Shown: positions 29,319 through 39,220 of the stretch, piece after piece | Position numbering within the stretch: position 1 is the first letter of the stretch | Layout of the letters: each line of letters begins with the position of its first letter | Origin: Chthoniobacterales bacterium | GTDB taxonomy: Bacteria; Verrucomicrobiota; Verrucomicrobiia; Chthoniobacterales; Chthoniobacteraceae | Direction of reading: 5' to 3' | NCBI GenBank assembly: GCA_038207335.1 | Contig: JBBQZX010000011.1 | Coordinates: forward strand, 87,514 to 151,513 | DNA: 64,000 nucleotides | Program-made: the position numbers and the translations under genes | Notes under the pieces: model-generated | The model's database searches: none | Told to the model about the DNA's origin: nothing | The model's input: the letters and a program-made list of their open reading frames with translations, nothing else

Positions 29319-31439
29319 ATGAATTCGAATTCCCTCGTCGCCTTCTTAGCAGCGACTTTCAGTGGCACCTTGGCCGCTGCCTTGATCATCCGCCGGAGGC
29401 ACTCGATCGCCAGTTGGTGTTTCATCGCCGGGATTGGGACACTGGCGCTGGAAAGCGCGTTAAGCGGCCTGAGCATGCAGACTGAACTGCCCGCCAACGT
29501 CGATTACTGGCAGACGCTCGCCTTGGTGATGGGATCGCTAATGCCCGGTCTCTGGCTGTGCTTCAGCCTCACCTATTCGCGTGGGAACTACGCGGAATTC
29601 CTGGTCAAGTGGCGGTTCGTTCTCATCGTGGTTTTCCTCCTCCCAATTGGATTATCGCTCGGCTTTTGGAACGAGCTGATTGCGGTTTTGCCCCTCACCG
29701 CCCCGGCGCACGGGTGGTGGCTTAAGATCGGGATGCCGGCGAAAGCCTTGCACGTGCTGCTCTTGATCGCCACGGTGCTCGTTCTAGTCAATCTCGAAGG
29801 CACTTTCCGCTCGGCTGTAGGGATGATGCGCTGGCGGATCAAGTTTGTGATTCTCGGGCTTGGCGTGGTTTTTGCCGCCAGAATCTACACGCGGAGCCAG
29901 GCGCTGCTCTTTTCGGGAAATACGCTCGATTTGACGGTGGTCGATTCATGCGGGCTGCTCATCGGGTGCGCGATGATTGCCGTTGCCTACGCCCGAGGGG
30001 GGTTGGCGAATATCGTGGACGTCTATCCGTCACGAGCCGTGTTGCAGAGTTCCGTCACGGTGATCCTGGTCGGCGCTTATTTGACGATCGTCGGGGTGCT
30101 GGCGCAGGTGATCGGCGAGTTCGGAGGGGGGGCGGCAAGCTTCCCGGCCCAAGCGTTCGTGCTCCTTTTGGCGGTGGCGCTGCTAGGCGTGCTCCTTTTG
30201 TCCGATCGTCTCCGGCAGAGGACTCGGCGATTCGTGAGTCTCCATCTGCGCAGGCCGGAGCACGATTACCGCAAGGTTTGGACGGAATTTACGCGGGGGC
30301 TTTCCAATGTCGCGAACGAATCCGACCTTTGCGCCGCAGCCGCGAAATCGATTTCAAATACGTTCGACGTCTTGTCCGTCACCATCTGGTTGGTCGATGA
30401 CCAGAAAGATCGGCTAGTCCTCGGGGCCACCACGTCTCAATTTCGGCGCGCAGCCGCCGAAACCGCGACGGGTCTGGCGGAGTGCTCCTCGATTCTCGGC
30501 GGGTTGCGGAAGCACCTCGAACCGTTCGACTTGGAGAAGACGAAGGAGGACTGGGGAGGAGCGTTGAGAGAGGCGTGCCCGACTCAATTTCCACATGGCG
30601 GGAATCGCCTCGCTGTGCCGCTCGTGGCGGGAAACCGACATCTGGGCTGCGCAGTGCTTGCGGATCGAGTCAATGGTCTGCGGTATAGCGCGGAGGAAGC
30701 GGACCTGCTGAAGTGCATCGGAGAACAGGTGGCTGCGTCCATCCTGAACCTGCGGCTCACGAAAGAGCTAATGGCAGGAAAAGAGCTTGAGGCCTTTCAG
30801 ACGATGTCAGCGTTCTTCGTGCATGACCTGAAAAATGCCGCATCCAGCCTCAGCCTCATGCTGCAGAATTTGCCGGTGCATTTCAATGACCCCACGTTCC
30901 GGGAGGATGCCCTGCGCGGAATTGCCGCGACAGTGGGCCGTATCAACCATCTCATCGAACGCCTGAGCGCATTACGTCGCAAACTCGAGGTCAGTCCCGT
31001 CGAATCGGACCTGAATCAACTGGTCGCCGAGACACTAAACAGCTTGAACGGCATGCCGGGTGTGGAATTCGTGCAAGATCTTCATCATCTACCCAATTTT
31101 CCCGCCGATCGGGAACTGCTACAAAGCGTCATCACCAATCTCCTTCTCAATGCCGGCGACGCTGTTGGCTCGGCAGGCCGGATCACGATCCAAACCCAAC
31201 AGCGGGACGGCCTTGCTATTCTGTCCGTCTCCGATACGGGATGCGGAATGAGCGCGGCTTTCATGACAGACTCCCTTTTCCGTCCCTTTCAAACCACCAA
31301 GAAGAAAGGTCTCGGCATCGGCATGTTCCAATCCAAAATGATCGTTGAAGCGCACCGTGGCAGCATTCAGGTGGAGAGTGAATCCGGGAAAGGCACCACT
31401 TTTCGCGTCTTTCTGCCACTTCAACCGGAGGCCCTATGA
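29319..31439 (+). CDS. prsK: PEP-CTERM system histidine kinase
   Basis: About 8 N-terminal TM, GAF-like region, H-box MSAFFVHDLKN, DTGCGM, FQTTKKKGLGIG; coupled to prsR. Confidence 0.93.
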   Translation: MNSNSLVAFLAATFSGTLAAALIIRRRHSIASWCFIAGIGTLALESALSGLSMQTELPANVDYWQTLALVMGSLMPGLWLCFSLTYSRGNYAEFLVKWRFVLIVVFLLPIGLSLGFWNELIAVLPLTAPAHGWWLKIGMPAKALHVLLLIATVLVLVNLEGTFRSAVGMMRWRIKFVILGLGVVFAARIYTRSQALLFSGNTLDLTVVDSCGLLIGCAMIAVAYARGGLANIVDVYPSRAVLQSSVTVILVGAYLTIVGVLAQVIGEFGGGAASFPAQAFVLLLAVALLGVLLLSDRLRQRTRRFVSLHLRRPEHDYRKVWTEFTRGLSNVANESDLCAAAAKSISNTFDVLSVTIWLVDDQKDRLVLGATTSQFRRAAAETATGLAECSSILGGLRKHLEPFDLEKTKEDWGGALREACPTQFPHGGNRLAVPLVAGNRHLGCAVLADRVNGLRYSAEEADLLKCIGEQVAASILNLRLTKELMAGKELEAFQTMSAFFVHDLKNAASSLSLMLQNLPVHFNDPTFREDALRGIAATVGRINHLIERLSALRRKLEVSPVESDLNQLVAETLNSLNGMPGVEFVQDLHHLPNFPADRELLQSVITNLLLNAGDAVGSAGRITIQTQQRDGLAILSVSDTGCGMSAAFMTDSLFRPFQTTKKKGLGIGMFQSKMIVEAHRGSIQVESESGKGTTFRVFLPLQPEAL

Positions 31440-32803
31440 AACCCACTTTGCTCATCGTGGACGATGACGAGGAAATCCGGACCCAGATGAAGTGGGCGCT
31501 TTGCCAGGACTACGAAATCGCCATGGCCGAAGACCGCGCCGGAGCTCTGAAAGCCTTCCAAGCCAGACAGCCTGCGGTGACCATGCTGGATCTGGGCTTG
31601 CCACCCAATCCAAATTCCCCCGACGAGGGACTGGCGGTCCTTTCCGCCATCCTGGAGATGGACAAGGATGCGAAGGTCATCATCGTTTCTGGACAGGCCG
31701 AAAAAAAGAACGCACTCCGCGCGGTGGGCGCCGGTGCTTACGATGTGCTCGGCAAGCCGGTGGAGATTGAGGAGGTGAAACTTCTGCTTCGTCGGTGCTT
31801 TTATGTCGCAGAACTCGAGCGGGAGTATCACGACATGCAGCGGTCTGCCGGCCCCGATTCCTTCGAGGGAATTCTGGGAAGCAGTGCGCAAATGCGAGGC
31901 GTATTCGCCCTGCTTCGCAAAGTGGCACCCACCAGCGCCCCGGTGCTCCTACTTGGCGAAAGCGGGACGGGCAAGGAACTGGCCGCGCTGGCCATTCATC
32001 GGCGCAGCAGCCGCAAGGACGCGCCGTTTGTCCCGATCAATTGCAACGCCATCCCGGAAAACCTCCTCGAAAGCGAGCTTTTCGGCCATGAAAAGGGCTC
32101 CTTCACCGGCGCGCACGCATCCCGCCAGGGGCTCGTGGAAAGCGCCGAGGGCGGCACCCTTTTCCTCGATGAGATCGGCGAGTTGCCCGCGGTGATTCAG
32201 GTGAAGATGCTCCGCTTCCTCCAGGAGCGCACCTTCCAGCGGGTCGGAGGACGCAAGGATCTCAAAAGCGATGCCCGGATCGTAGCGGCCACCAACGCGG
32301 ATTTGAAGCAGTTGATGTCGGAGGGGAAGTTTCGTGAGGACTTGTTTTTCCGGCTGTCGGTCGTCGCGATCCTCCTGCCGCCCCTCCGCGAACGCGGGGA
32401 CGACATTGGGCTTCTCGCGAACGAGTTCCTGCAACGATTCGCCACGCAAAACGGCAAAAAGGCGCTCAGCTTCGCCCCGGACACGTTACGAGCGATCAAT
32501 CTCCATCCGTGGCCAGGAAACATCCGCGAGTTGCAGAACGCGATCCAGCGGGCGGTGATCATGGCGGAAGGAAAACGCATCACGATCGAGGACATGGAAT
32601 TGAACGCCGCCCTTGGAGTAGTGCCCGCGGCGACGCTCAAGGAAGCGCGGGAAGCTGTGGAGCGCGAAATGGTCAAACAGGCTTTGAAACGCCATGCGGG
32701 CAAAATTACCCCTGCGGCGGCAGAGCTCGGGATCAGCCGGCCGACTTTTTATGAATTGATGGAAAAGCTGGGGATCAAGAAGCGGGAGGATGATCGGGAC
32801 TGA
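31436..32803 (+). CDS. prsR: PEP-CTERM-box sigma54-dependent response regulator
   Basis: REC with LDLGLPP, GESGTGKE, ESELFGHEKGSFTGA, WPGNIREL, Fis-type HTH LGISRPTFYELM. Confidence 0.95.
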   Translation: MKPTLLIVDDDEEIRTQMKWALCQDYEIAMAEDRAGALKAFQARQPAVTMLDLGLPPNPNSPDEGLAVLSAILEMDKDAKVIIVSGQAEKKNALRAVGAGAYDVLGKPVEIEEVKLLLRRCFYVAELEREYHDMQRSAGPDSFEGILGSSAQMRGVFALLRKVAPTSAPVLLLGESGTGKELAALAIHRRSSRKDAPFVPINCNAIPENLLESELFGHEKGSFTGAHASRQGLVESAEGGTLFLDEIGELPAVIQVKMLRFLQERTFQRVGGRKDLKSDARIVAATNADLKQLMSEGKFREDLFFRLSVVAILLPPLRERGDDIGLLANEFLQRFATQNGKKALSFAPDTLRAINLHPWPGNIRELQNAIQRAVIMAEGKRITIEDMELNAALGVVPAATLKEAREAVEREMVKQALKRHAGKITPAAAELGISRPTFYELMEKLGIKKREDDRD

Positions 32804-33134
32804 GCACCGGCGGTAATGCACCCTTTTTAAGAGAGGCGTGAATTCTCTGTAAGAGCGACTGAACCGCTGCGGAGCGAAGGCGGATTGATCACACCCAATT
32901 CGAAGCATTTCAGGATGACGGCCACTTCTGTGTACTTGAGACTTATCGGCGCCCTCCGAGGACGCCTTTTTCAGGCCCGCGGAAGCGTGAGATTTGATCT
33001 GGAAGTCAGCCGCAAGCCGCTTATTGCGTCGGATTTTGGCGCGTCGCGGCGCGCACCACATCGTCTCCGCCCCGATGGGATCAACAGGCTTAGAAACCCG
33101 GACGGGCTAAGGAATTGACGGAAATCCAAACTAC

Positions 33135-33151
33135 TGTCGGCGTTTTTTACA
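33135..33151 (+). promoter_or_regulatory. PEP-CTERM box (putative PrsR enhancer) TGTCGGCGTTTTTTACA
   Basis: 17-bp YGTCGG-N6-TTACA element 139 bp upstream of a sigma54 site; recurs at 38051 and 46958. Confidence 0.85.
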
Positions 33152-33273
33152 CTTTCTTGTTAGAGGCGACCCACCGCACGAAAATGAATAAAAAATTTCG
33201 AAAATTGTTAATATCTGGTTTTGAGACAGTTACGATTTTTAAAAACATCAGGAGGCGCGTGAAAAAACGAGGG

Positions 33274-33289
33274 TGGCATGCGAGGTGCT
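33274..33289 (+). promoter_or_regulatory. sigma54 -24/-12 promoter TGGCATGCGAGGTGCT
   Basis: GG at 33275-6 and GC at 33287-8 (canonical spacing), upstream of a VPDSG-CTERM gene. Confidence 0.85.
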
Positions 33290-33363
33290 AAAACTCAAAA
33301 TGCCGGATCTGCAAGGCGCTCAAAGGAACAAACTGAAAACAACAAACTAAGATTAACAAAAGC

Positions 33364-33963
33364 ATGAAAACATTCTACAAAATGGCAATGGTGATCGGGG
33401 CTCTCACGCTGTGTGCATCCGAATCTCAGGCAGTACCAATTTACGGAGAAGTCATTTTTACTGGCACCGGGACGATGAAGTTGGGTGCAGCAGACTCAAC
33501 TGCGGCTTTGGGGGACGGGATTACTTTCACGAACCCTGTCGTAGTCCAAACTGCGATCTCCACTGGGAGCTACGATAGTATCAGCTTGGGAACAACTGCG
33601 ACGTTCACCAACTTGGTCGGAGGGTCGGCGATCGGTGTCGTGAGTACCGTCGGTCCGTTGGCGGTCAGCCCATTTTGGACATTCATAGATGGCGGCACCA
33701 CATATTCGTTCGAGTTGACGTCGGTGACCATGAACATGCTCTCGGGCAGTCAGCGAGTCGTCGAAGGACAAGGAATTGCCAGTATTTCTGGTGGTAGCTA
33801 CACTCCCACCTTTGGGACTTGGCAGTTGAGCACTTCAGGATCTAGCTCAAGAATTTCGTTCTCATCAGCCACGTCCGTTCCCGATGGCGGGTCTACCGTT
33901 GCCTTGCTGGGCATGACGGTGGTGGGGTTGGGAGTTTTGCGCCGGAAGTTGGCAATGGCTTAA
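33364..33963 (+). CDS. VPDSG-CTERM (PEP-CTERM-like) exosortase substrate
   Basis: Signal peptide (SQA-VP), Ser/Thr/Gly-rich body, tail VPDGGSTVALLGMTVVGLGVLRRKL. Confidence 0.93.
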   Translation: MKTFYKMAMVIGALTLCASESQAVPIYGEVIFTGTGTMKLGAADSTAALGDGITFTNPVVVQTAISTGSYDSISLGTTATFTNLVGGSAIGVVSTVGPLAVSPFWTFIDGGTTYSFELTSVTMNMLSGSQRVVEGQGIASISGGSYTPTFGTWQLSTSGSSSRISFSSATSVPDGGSTVALLGMTVVGLGVLRRKLAMA

Positions 33964-33987
33964 GTAATTGATTTCAAAATAATGTTG

Positions 33988-34027
33988 ACCGGGCAGAGGA
34001 CGGAGTCCTCTGCCCGGTTTGTTTGTT
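33988..34027 (+). terminator. Intrinsic terminator
   Basis: 14-bp perfect stem ACCGGGCAGAGGAC/GTCCTCTGCCCGGT followed by TTGTTTGTT. Confidence 0.85.
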
Positions 34028-34297
34028 GATGGATGGTCTCATTGCGCTCGGAAAAGGCATCATGGTTCGGCTCGGGGATTGATCGACGCTCTCTGCCGCG
34101 TCGCGGTTGCGTCGCGCACAAGCTTGATGGAGGATCGCTGAGCACTCTGCGGTGTAGCCGAGGCATAACCTCTCACAGCGGAGCTTGACGAAACCCACGC
34201 TCCAGAATTACTCCAAACCCGTCAGAAGCGGGTATCCTTCGCTCTGCTTCTCAATGGACTTTGGGAAAACCTTGGCTTCCATGAAGGTGCCTGCCAA

Positions 34298-37200
34298 ATG
34301 AATCAAATCATGAAATCGCCGATGTCTTTCTCGAACCGGAGCCGCTGCATTTTCCTGATCCTGCTTTCCGCCGCCTTGCTCATCGCCACGGGTTGCTCGA
34401 AGCAATCGAAGGTCGATCGCTATCTGAAAAGTGCCAATGGATACTTCGAGGCAAAAGATTTTCAGAAGGGGGAGATCGAATACCTCAACGCTCTGAAACT
34501 GGATCGCGCCAATCTCGAGGCCGTCAAACATCTTGCGACGATTTATTTCGACGCGGGCAAGATCGAGCAGGCTCTTCCCTATCTTCTCGGTGTTCGCGAA
34601 CTGGACAAGAACGACCTCGGAGTGCGCCTCAAGCTGGCACAGATTTTCCTCTCGGCCGGGCGGCTGCCGGATGCGCGCAAGGAGGCAATTGAGATCCTCG
34701 ATCGAGACCCCAAGAATGACGAAGCCATCACCCTTTTGGCCGACAGTTCCGTCACGCCGGCCGATCATTCCGACACGCTGCAACGCCTGACGAAGCTCGA
34801 GGCCCAGGCCGCCGACCGTGCGGCCTGGCATCTGGCCATGGCGGGCATCTCGCTCCGCAAGAACGATTTGCCGGCCGCAGAGGCATCCTTGGGGAAAGCC
34901 CTCTCCCTGGAGCCGCAGTCCAGCCAGGTCCATGTTGCATGGGCCTTGGTGTATTGGATGAAAAAGGATCTCGAGAAGGCCGACCAATTTTTCCAAAAAG
35001 CTGCGCAGCTGGCGCCGCTCAATGCCGCGGTTTGCCTGCGCCGCGCGGAGTTCAAGATCAACACGGGGTCCCCGAAAGAAGGCCGGGAAATCCTCGAGCA
35101 ATTCACCGTGAAAGTCCCGGATTCGACTCCGGTCTGGCTTTACCTTGCTCGGCTGGAGTTCGACGGTCAGAAATTCCCAGAATGCACCAAAATTGTCGAC
35201 CGCATCCTCGCCAAGGACCCGGGGAACTATCAGGCCCGGGTTCTCCACTCCAGCCTGACGCGGGTGCAAGGCAAGCCGGAGGATGCACTTAAGGAGGCGG
35301 AGGAACTGAAGCGCGTTTATGAAGGCTCCGCGGAAGTGACATTTGATTTGGCGCTGGCCTACCTAAAAAATCGAGACCCTGCCAAAGCTGCGTCAAGTGT
35401 GCAGGAGAGCCTTAAGTTGAACCCGAATTTAACCCAGGCGGCTCTGCTCCAGGCTGAGCTTCTTGTCCAGAAGGGGGATTCGGCCACGGCCCTTCCTCTC
35501 CTCCAATCTCTCGTGTTAAAGCATCCGGAAATCACCCGCGCCCAGTTGCTCCTCGGCGGCGCCTACACGTCCCAGGGAAGACTGGATGAAGCCCTGAAGC
35601 TTTACACAGCCATGGAAGAGAAGTTCCCCAAGGTTCCGGACGTACCCTTCCTCATCGGGATGACTCTCCGCCAGCAACCGGGTGGCAAAGGGAATGCCGA
35701 AGCGCGGAAAGCCTTCGACCGGGCTGCCGTTCTGTCCCCCAACGACCTCCTTGTCACCTACCAGTTGGTGGACCTGGACCTCATCGACAAAGCCTATCCG
35801 ACCGCGATGGATCGCGTTCACGCTCTCCTTGAGAAGATGCCGAAGTCGGGCGGTGCCAAGATCATTGAGGCGAGGATTTTCATGGCCCAAAACAACCTCA
35901 AGGACGCGGAGGCCGCATTGAAGCAGTCGCTCGAGTGGGAGCCAAGCCGCAGCACCGCCTACGACCTCCTGACCCAGATCTACCTCGTCAGCAATCGGGT
36001 GCCCGAGGCGATGGCCAACATGGAGGAGACGCTGAAGGTACAGCCGAATAACGTCCCGGTGATGATGCAGATGGCGGTCATGCTCGAGAAGCAGGGCGAC
36101 ACAAAAAAGGCCCTCACCAGCTATGAAGGGCTGCTCAAGATCGCTCCCGATTTTGTTCCTGCGTTGAACAATTTGGCCTTCCTCCTCTGCGACAAACTGG
36201 GCAAGCCCGACGAGGCGCTTCCCCTTGCCAGCAAGGCCCGAGAGTTGGCTCCGCAGGCGCCGTCCATCGCCGATACACTTGGCTGGGTTTATTTTCGCCA
36301 GCATGAATATCCCCGAGCGCTGGCCCTGTTGCAGGAATGCGCGCCCAAACTTCCCGAGGAACCCGAAGTCCAATTCCACCTGGGCATGGCCTATTTCATG
36401 ATGGGTCAGGAGGAGCCCGCCCGCCTGGCGTTTCAGCGCGCGTTGGAGCGCAAACAGGATTTTCCGGGGCGCGACCAAGCCGAGAAGCGGCTGGCTCTGC
36501 TCGACCTCGATCCGAACGCAGCGGACCCGGCGGCGATCGCCAGCCTGCAGGAGTGGATCCACCAGCGACCGGACGACCTTCCCGCCTTCCTTCGGCTCGG
36601 ACGGACTTACGAGAGCACCGGGGCTCCTGACAAGGCCCGGCAGGCCTACGAGGACGCCAGAAAAATCAACCCCAGCAGCGTCCCGGTTCTCTTTGCTCTG
36701 GCCCGTCTTTACTCCTCCAGCCTCAAGAACCCACAGCAGGCCTTCGCGCTCGCCACGGAAGCCAGAAAACTGGCCCCTGCGGACGCCGACGTCGCACATA
36801 TTCTGGGGACTCTTGCATATCAGAGTGGCGACAACGCCAGAGCCGCCGACCTGTTACAGGAGGCTGCTCGAAAACAGTCCGCCAACCCGGACGTCCTGTT
36901 CGAGCTGGCGCGTGCCGTTTACGCTGTTGGCCGTGTGGACGACGCCGAGGAGAACATGCGCCGCGCCGTGCAGACTGGCGGTCTGAAAGGCGGACCCGCT
37001 CAGGAAGCGCAGTCCTTTCTCGCCATGCTTGATCTCGCCAAAACCCCCGGGAAACGATTGGCTGCGGAAGCTGAAGTGCAAAAGGAGCTTGCCGCCCGGC
37101 CGGACTTCCTGCCCGCCCTCATGGTCGCTGCGCTCATCCACGAGCAGCTTGGCCACGCTCCGGAAGCAAAGGAGGCTTTCGAGAAAATCCTAGCAACAAA

Positions 37201-37564
37201 TCCCCAGTTTGCTCCCGCCCGAAAACAACTCGCCGCAATTTACACCGATCAAGGCGATCAGCAGAAAGCCCAGGAGCAAGCGTCGAAAGCCCGCGAGACG
37301 CTTCCCGACGACCCCGAGCTGACCAAAATTCTGGGAAAGATCGCTTATCGGCGCGGGGACTTTCCCGGGGCAATCCTCTTTCTCCGCGAAAGCAGCCTGA
37401 AACGCCCCGACGATGGCGAGCTCTTTTACTTCCTTGGCATGGCCCAAAGCCAGGGGAAGGCAAACGAGGAAAGCAAGGTCGCCTTGCAACGGGCCCTGAC
37501 TCTGAGCCCCACCGCGCCTTTCGCCCCGGAGGCAAAGAAAGTCCTCGCCGAACTCGAGAAGTGA
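34298..37564 (+). CDS. prsT: PEP-CTERM system TPR lipoprotein
   Basis: Lipobox LIATG-C; many TPR repeats including ALNNLAFLL and IADTLGWVY; next to prsK/prsR. Confidence 0.88.
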   Translation: MNQIMKSPMSFSNRSRCIFLILLSAALLIATGCSKQSKVDRYLKSANGYFEAKDFQKGEIEYLNALKLDRANLEAVKHLATIYFDAGKIEQALPYLLGVRELDKNDLGVRLKLAQIFLSAGRLPDARKEAIEILDRDPKNDEAITLLADSSVTPADHSDTLQRLTKLEAQAADRAAWHLAMAGISLRKNDLPAAEASLGKALSLEPQSSQVHVAWALVYWMKKDLEKADQFFQKAAQLAPLNAAVCLRRAEFKINTGSPKEGREILEQFTVKVPDSTPVWLYLARLEFDGQKFPECTKIVDRILAKDPGNYQARVLHSSLTRVQGKPEDALKEAEELKRVYEGSAEVTFDLALAYLKNRDPAKAASSVQESLKLNPNLTQAALLQAELLVQKGDSATALPLLQSLVLKHPEITRAQLLLGGAYTSQGRLDEALKLYTAMEEKFPKVPDVPFLIGMTLRQQPGGKGNAEARKAFDRAAVLSPNDLLVTYQLVDLDLIDKAYPTAMDRVHALLEKMPKSGGAKIIEARIFMAQNNLKDAEAALKQSLEWEPSRSTAYDLLTQIYLVSNRVPEAMANMEETLKVQPNNVPVMMQMAVMLEKQGDTKKALTSYEGLLKIAPDFVPALNNLAFLLCDKLGKPDEALPLASKARELAPQAPSIADTLGWVYFRQHEYPRALALLQECAPKLPEEPEVQFHLGMAYFMMGQEEPARLAFQRALERKQDFPGRDQAEKRLALLDLDPNAADPAAIASLQEWIHQRPDDLPAFLRLGRTYESTGAPDKARQAYEDARKINPSSVPVLFALARLYSSSLKNPQQAFALATEARKLAPADADVAHILGTLAYQSGDNARAADLLQEAARKQSANPDVLFELARAVYAVGRVDDAEENMRRAVQTGGLKGGPAQEAQSFLAMLDLAKTPGKRLAAEAEVQKELAARPDFLPALMVAALIHEQLGHAPEAKEAFEKILATNPQFAPARKQLAAIYTDQGDQQKAQEQASKARETLPDDPELTKILGKIAYRRGDFPGAILFLRESSLKRPDDGELFYFLGMAQSQGKANEESKVALQRALTLSPTAPFAPEAKKVLAELEK

Positions 37565-37711
37565 TCGCCCTTGCGCGAATGGTAAAGTGGAGACGGCCCT
37601 TTTACGGCGCACATCCTCCACCGGCTCCGCATCCTGAACGATGAAGGCGAGGCAACTCAAGCTCCAGCCGTGGCCGCGCAGATATTCAGCGATCACTTCC
37701 CAGCTCTTCAC
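37564..37711 (-). pseudogene. Frameshifted remnant paralog of the 73-aa protein at 46352-46573
   Basis: VKSWEVIAEYLRGHGWSLSC, then RWRMCAVKG and GRLHFTIRA in other frames; these align by eye with VVERLRGQGWNLNW / QWRACARNEG / GRSLTVQA. Confidence 0.55.
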
Positions 37712-38050
37712 TGGCGTATAGCCGCCGCCCGCGGGCGGTTGGTGTCGCGCAACGGCCTGGTCGGTGGCCTTGAGGCGCCGCCACCGACGCGGTTCGGCTG
37801 TTGCATCCAAGTCCCGCTACAAGCCGATCTGATCGGCGGCAACTCTTCCGCTTTAAGCCAGTCGGCGAGAGGGTCGCCGAGATCCGTCAGCGACGGGCGG
37901 AAAGATCGTTGATTTCGCGCACCAACGACGATCCATTGTTGTGCAAATCGATGTATGAACGTCGAATGGAGCAGGCGGCTCGGGCGATCGTCCGGCGCCC
38001 ATCTTTGCCACAACTCAACGACTCCCTGGGGCGGCTCAACGCGCGAACTG

Positions 38051-38067
38051 CGTCGGATGATTTTACA
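38051..38067 (+). promoter_or_regulatory. PEP-CTERM box CGTCGGATGATTTTACA
   Basis: Same 17-bp pattern, 126 bp upstream of a sigma54 site. Confidence 0.85.
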
Positions 38068-38176
38068 GTTTTAGGCTTTTCAAATACGCCAGCAACCTCC
38101 ACGAGTTTTTTTTATTTTCTACAAACACCTCATGAATAGTGTGTTCTGCTTATTTTTCAAGAGCTCGTCCAGTGAG

Positions 38177-38192
38177 TGGCACGGATACCGCT
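38177..38192 (+). promoter_or_regulatory. sigma54 promoter TGGCACGGATACCGCT
   Basis: GG 38178-9 and GC 38190-1; upstream of the second VPDSG-CTERM gene. Confidence 0.82.
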
Positions 38193-38272
38193 TTCAATCA
38201 ATTCGTCAATGAAGCCGCAGCCTTGGCAGAGCGGATTCTAAATCAAACACCAAACGATCAAATTAAACGAAT

Positions 38273-39064
38273 ATGAAAATGAACAAGACACTCTTGGGCG
38301 GGCTGGCGACCGTCGCTCTGATGGCCGTCTCGGCTTCAAGTGCGTTCGCAGTCAGCACAGTAGCTCTCTCGCCGGGCAACTATCAGTCAGGGATCGGTGG
38401 CGAGTTCACGGCGACCGTCAGCGACGGGAGCCTTAGTGCTTACACCACAAGCTACAGCTCTCTGGTGACCGGTATTGCTTCGGCCTCAAACACCAATACG
38501 TTCCAAACGTTCTGCATCGAATACAACGAGCACTTCAGCTATGGAAGTGCTTATGATTACCAAATCAGTTCTGCAGCCATCATGGGGGGGACGAGCACCC
38601 AAGATCCGGTCTCCGTCGGAACCGGCTGGCTCTACAGCCAGTTTGCAAAGGGTACATTGGCAGGGTATAACTACAGCGGCACTCAAGCCGTACGGCAACT
38701 CTCCGCGGCCGCACTTCAAAATGCCATTTGGTGGCTCGAGGGTGAAATATCCACGGATCAATCAAGCAACTCCTTCATCACGACTGCGCAGGCCGCCCTC
38801 GGCATCGCTTCCACCGTTCCAAATCCGAGCCCCGGACAGGGGGGGACTGGCCTTGCATTAAATTCGTATAACGGAAATACGGCGGCTACCTACGGAGTTT
38901 ATGCGTTGAACCTCGGGCCTTTCTCCGGCCAGACTCGCTCAACTCAGGATCAATTGATCTACAAGACTACTGCCAATACCGATGTTCCCGATGGTGGTGC
39001 GACAATTCTGATGCTTGGCATGGCCATTGCAGGCGTGGGTGCTGCCCGCCGTTACCTTCACTAG
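38273..39064 (+). CDS. VPDSG-CTERM exosortase substrate
   Basis: Signal peptide (AFA-V); GGEF, FQTFCIE..E, ALQNAIW motifs; tail VPDGGATILMLGMAIAGVGAARRY. Confidence 0.93.
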   Translation: MKMNKTLLGGLATVALMAVSASSAFAVSTVALSPGNYQSGIGGEFTATVSDGSLSAYTTSYSSLVTGIASASNTNTFQTFCIEYNEHFSYGSAYDYQISSAAIMGGTSTQDPVSVGTGWLYSQFAKGTLAGYNYSGTQAVRQLSAAALQNAIWWLEGEISTDQSSNSFITTAQAALGIASTVPNPSPGQGGTGLALNSYNGNTAATYGVYALNLGPFSGQTRSTQDQLIYKTTANTDVPDGGATILMLGMAIAGVGAARRYLH

Positions 39065-39095
39065 CGCTTCGCAGGACCACCATTACTTAGCAAGG

Positions 39096-39126
39096 AAGGG
39101 CGGGGCATTTGCCCCGCCCTTTTTTT
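39096..39126 (+). terminator. Intrinsic terminator
   Basis: AGGGCGGGGC-ATTT-GCCCCGCCCT followed by T6. Confidence 0.9.
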
Positions 39127-39220
39127 GCGTTGAATCTTCCCTCCTCTCAGAACATAAAGCGCCTCCCGAAAACGTTTCCTCCTCAAAAGAGGCGCGCTTC
39201 GAAGCGAATTCCCGCCACAA

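Noticed and set aside
32809..32818. ops-like GGCGGTAATG after prsR
   Set aside because: Mismatch to GGCGGTAG, not in a leader of a long operon, and expected by chance in GC-rich DNA
38584..38845. Two G7 runs in the second VPDSG-CTERM gene
   Set aside because: Short, encode Gly-Gly, and the frame is intact; weak evidence for phase variation
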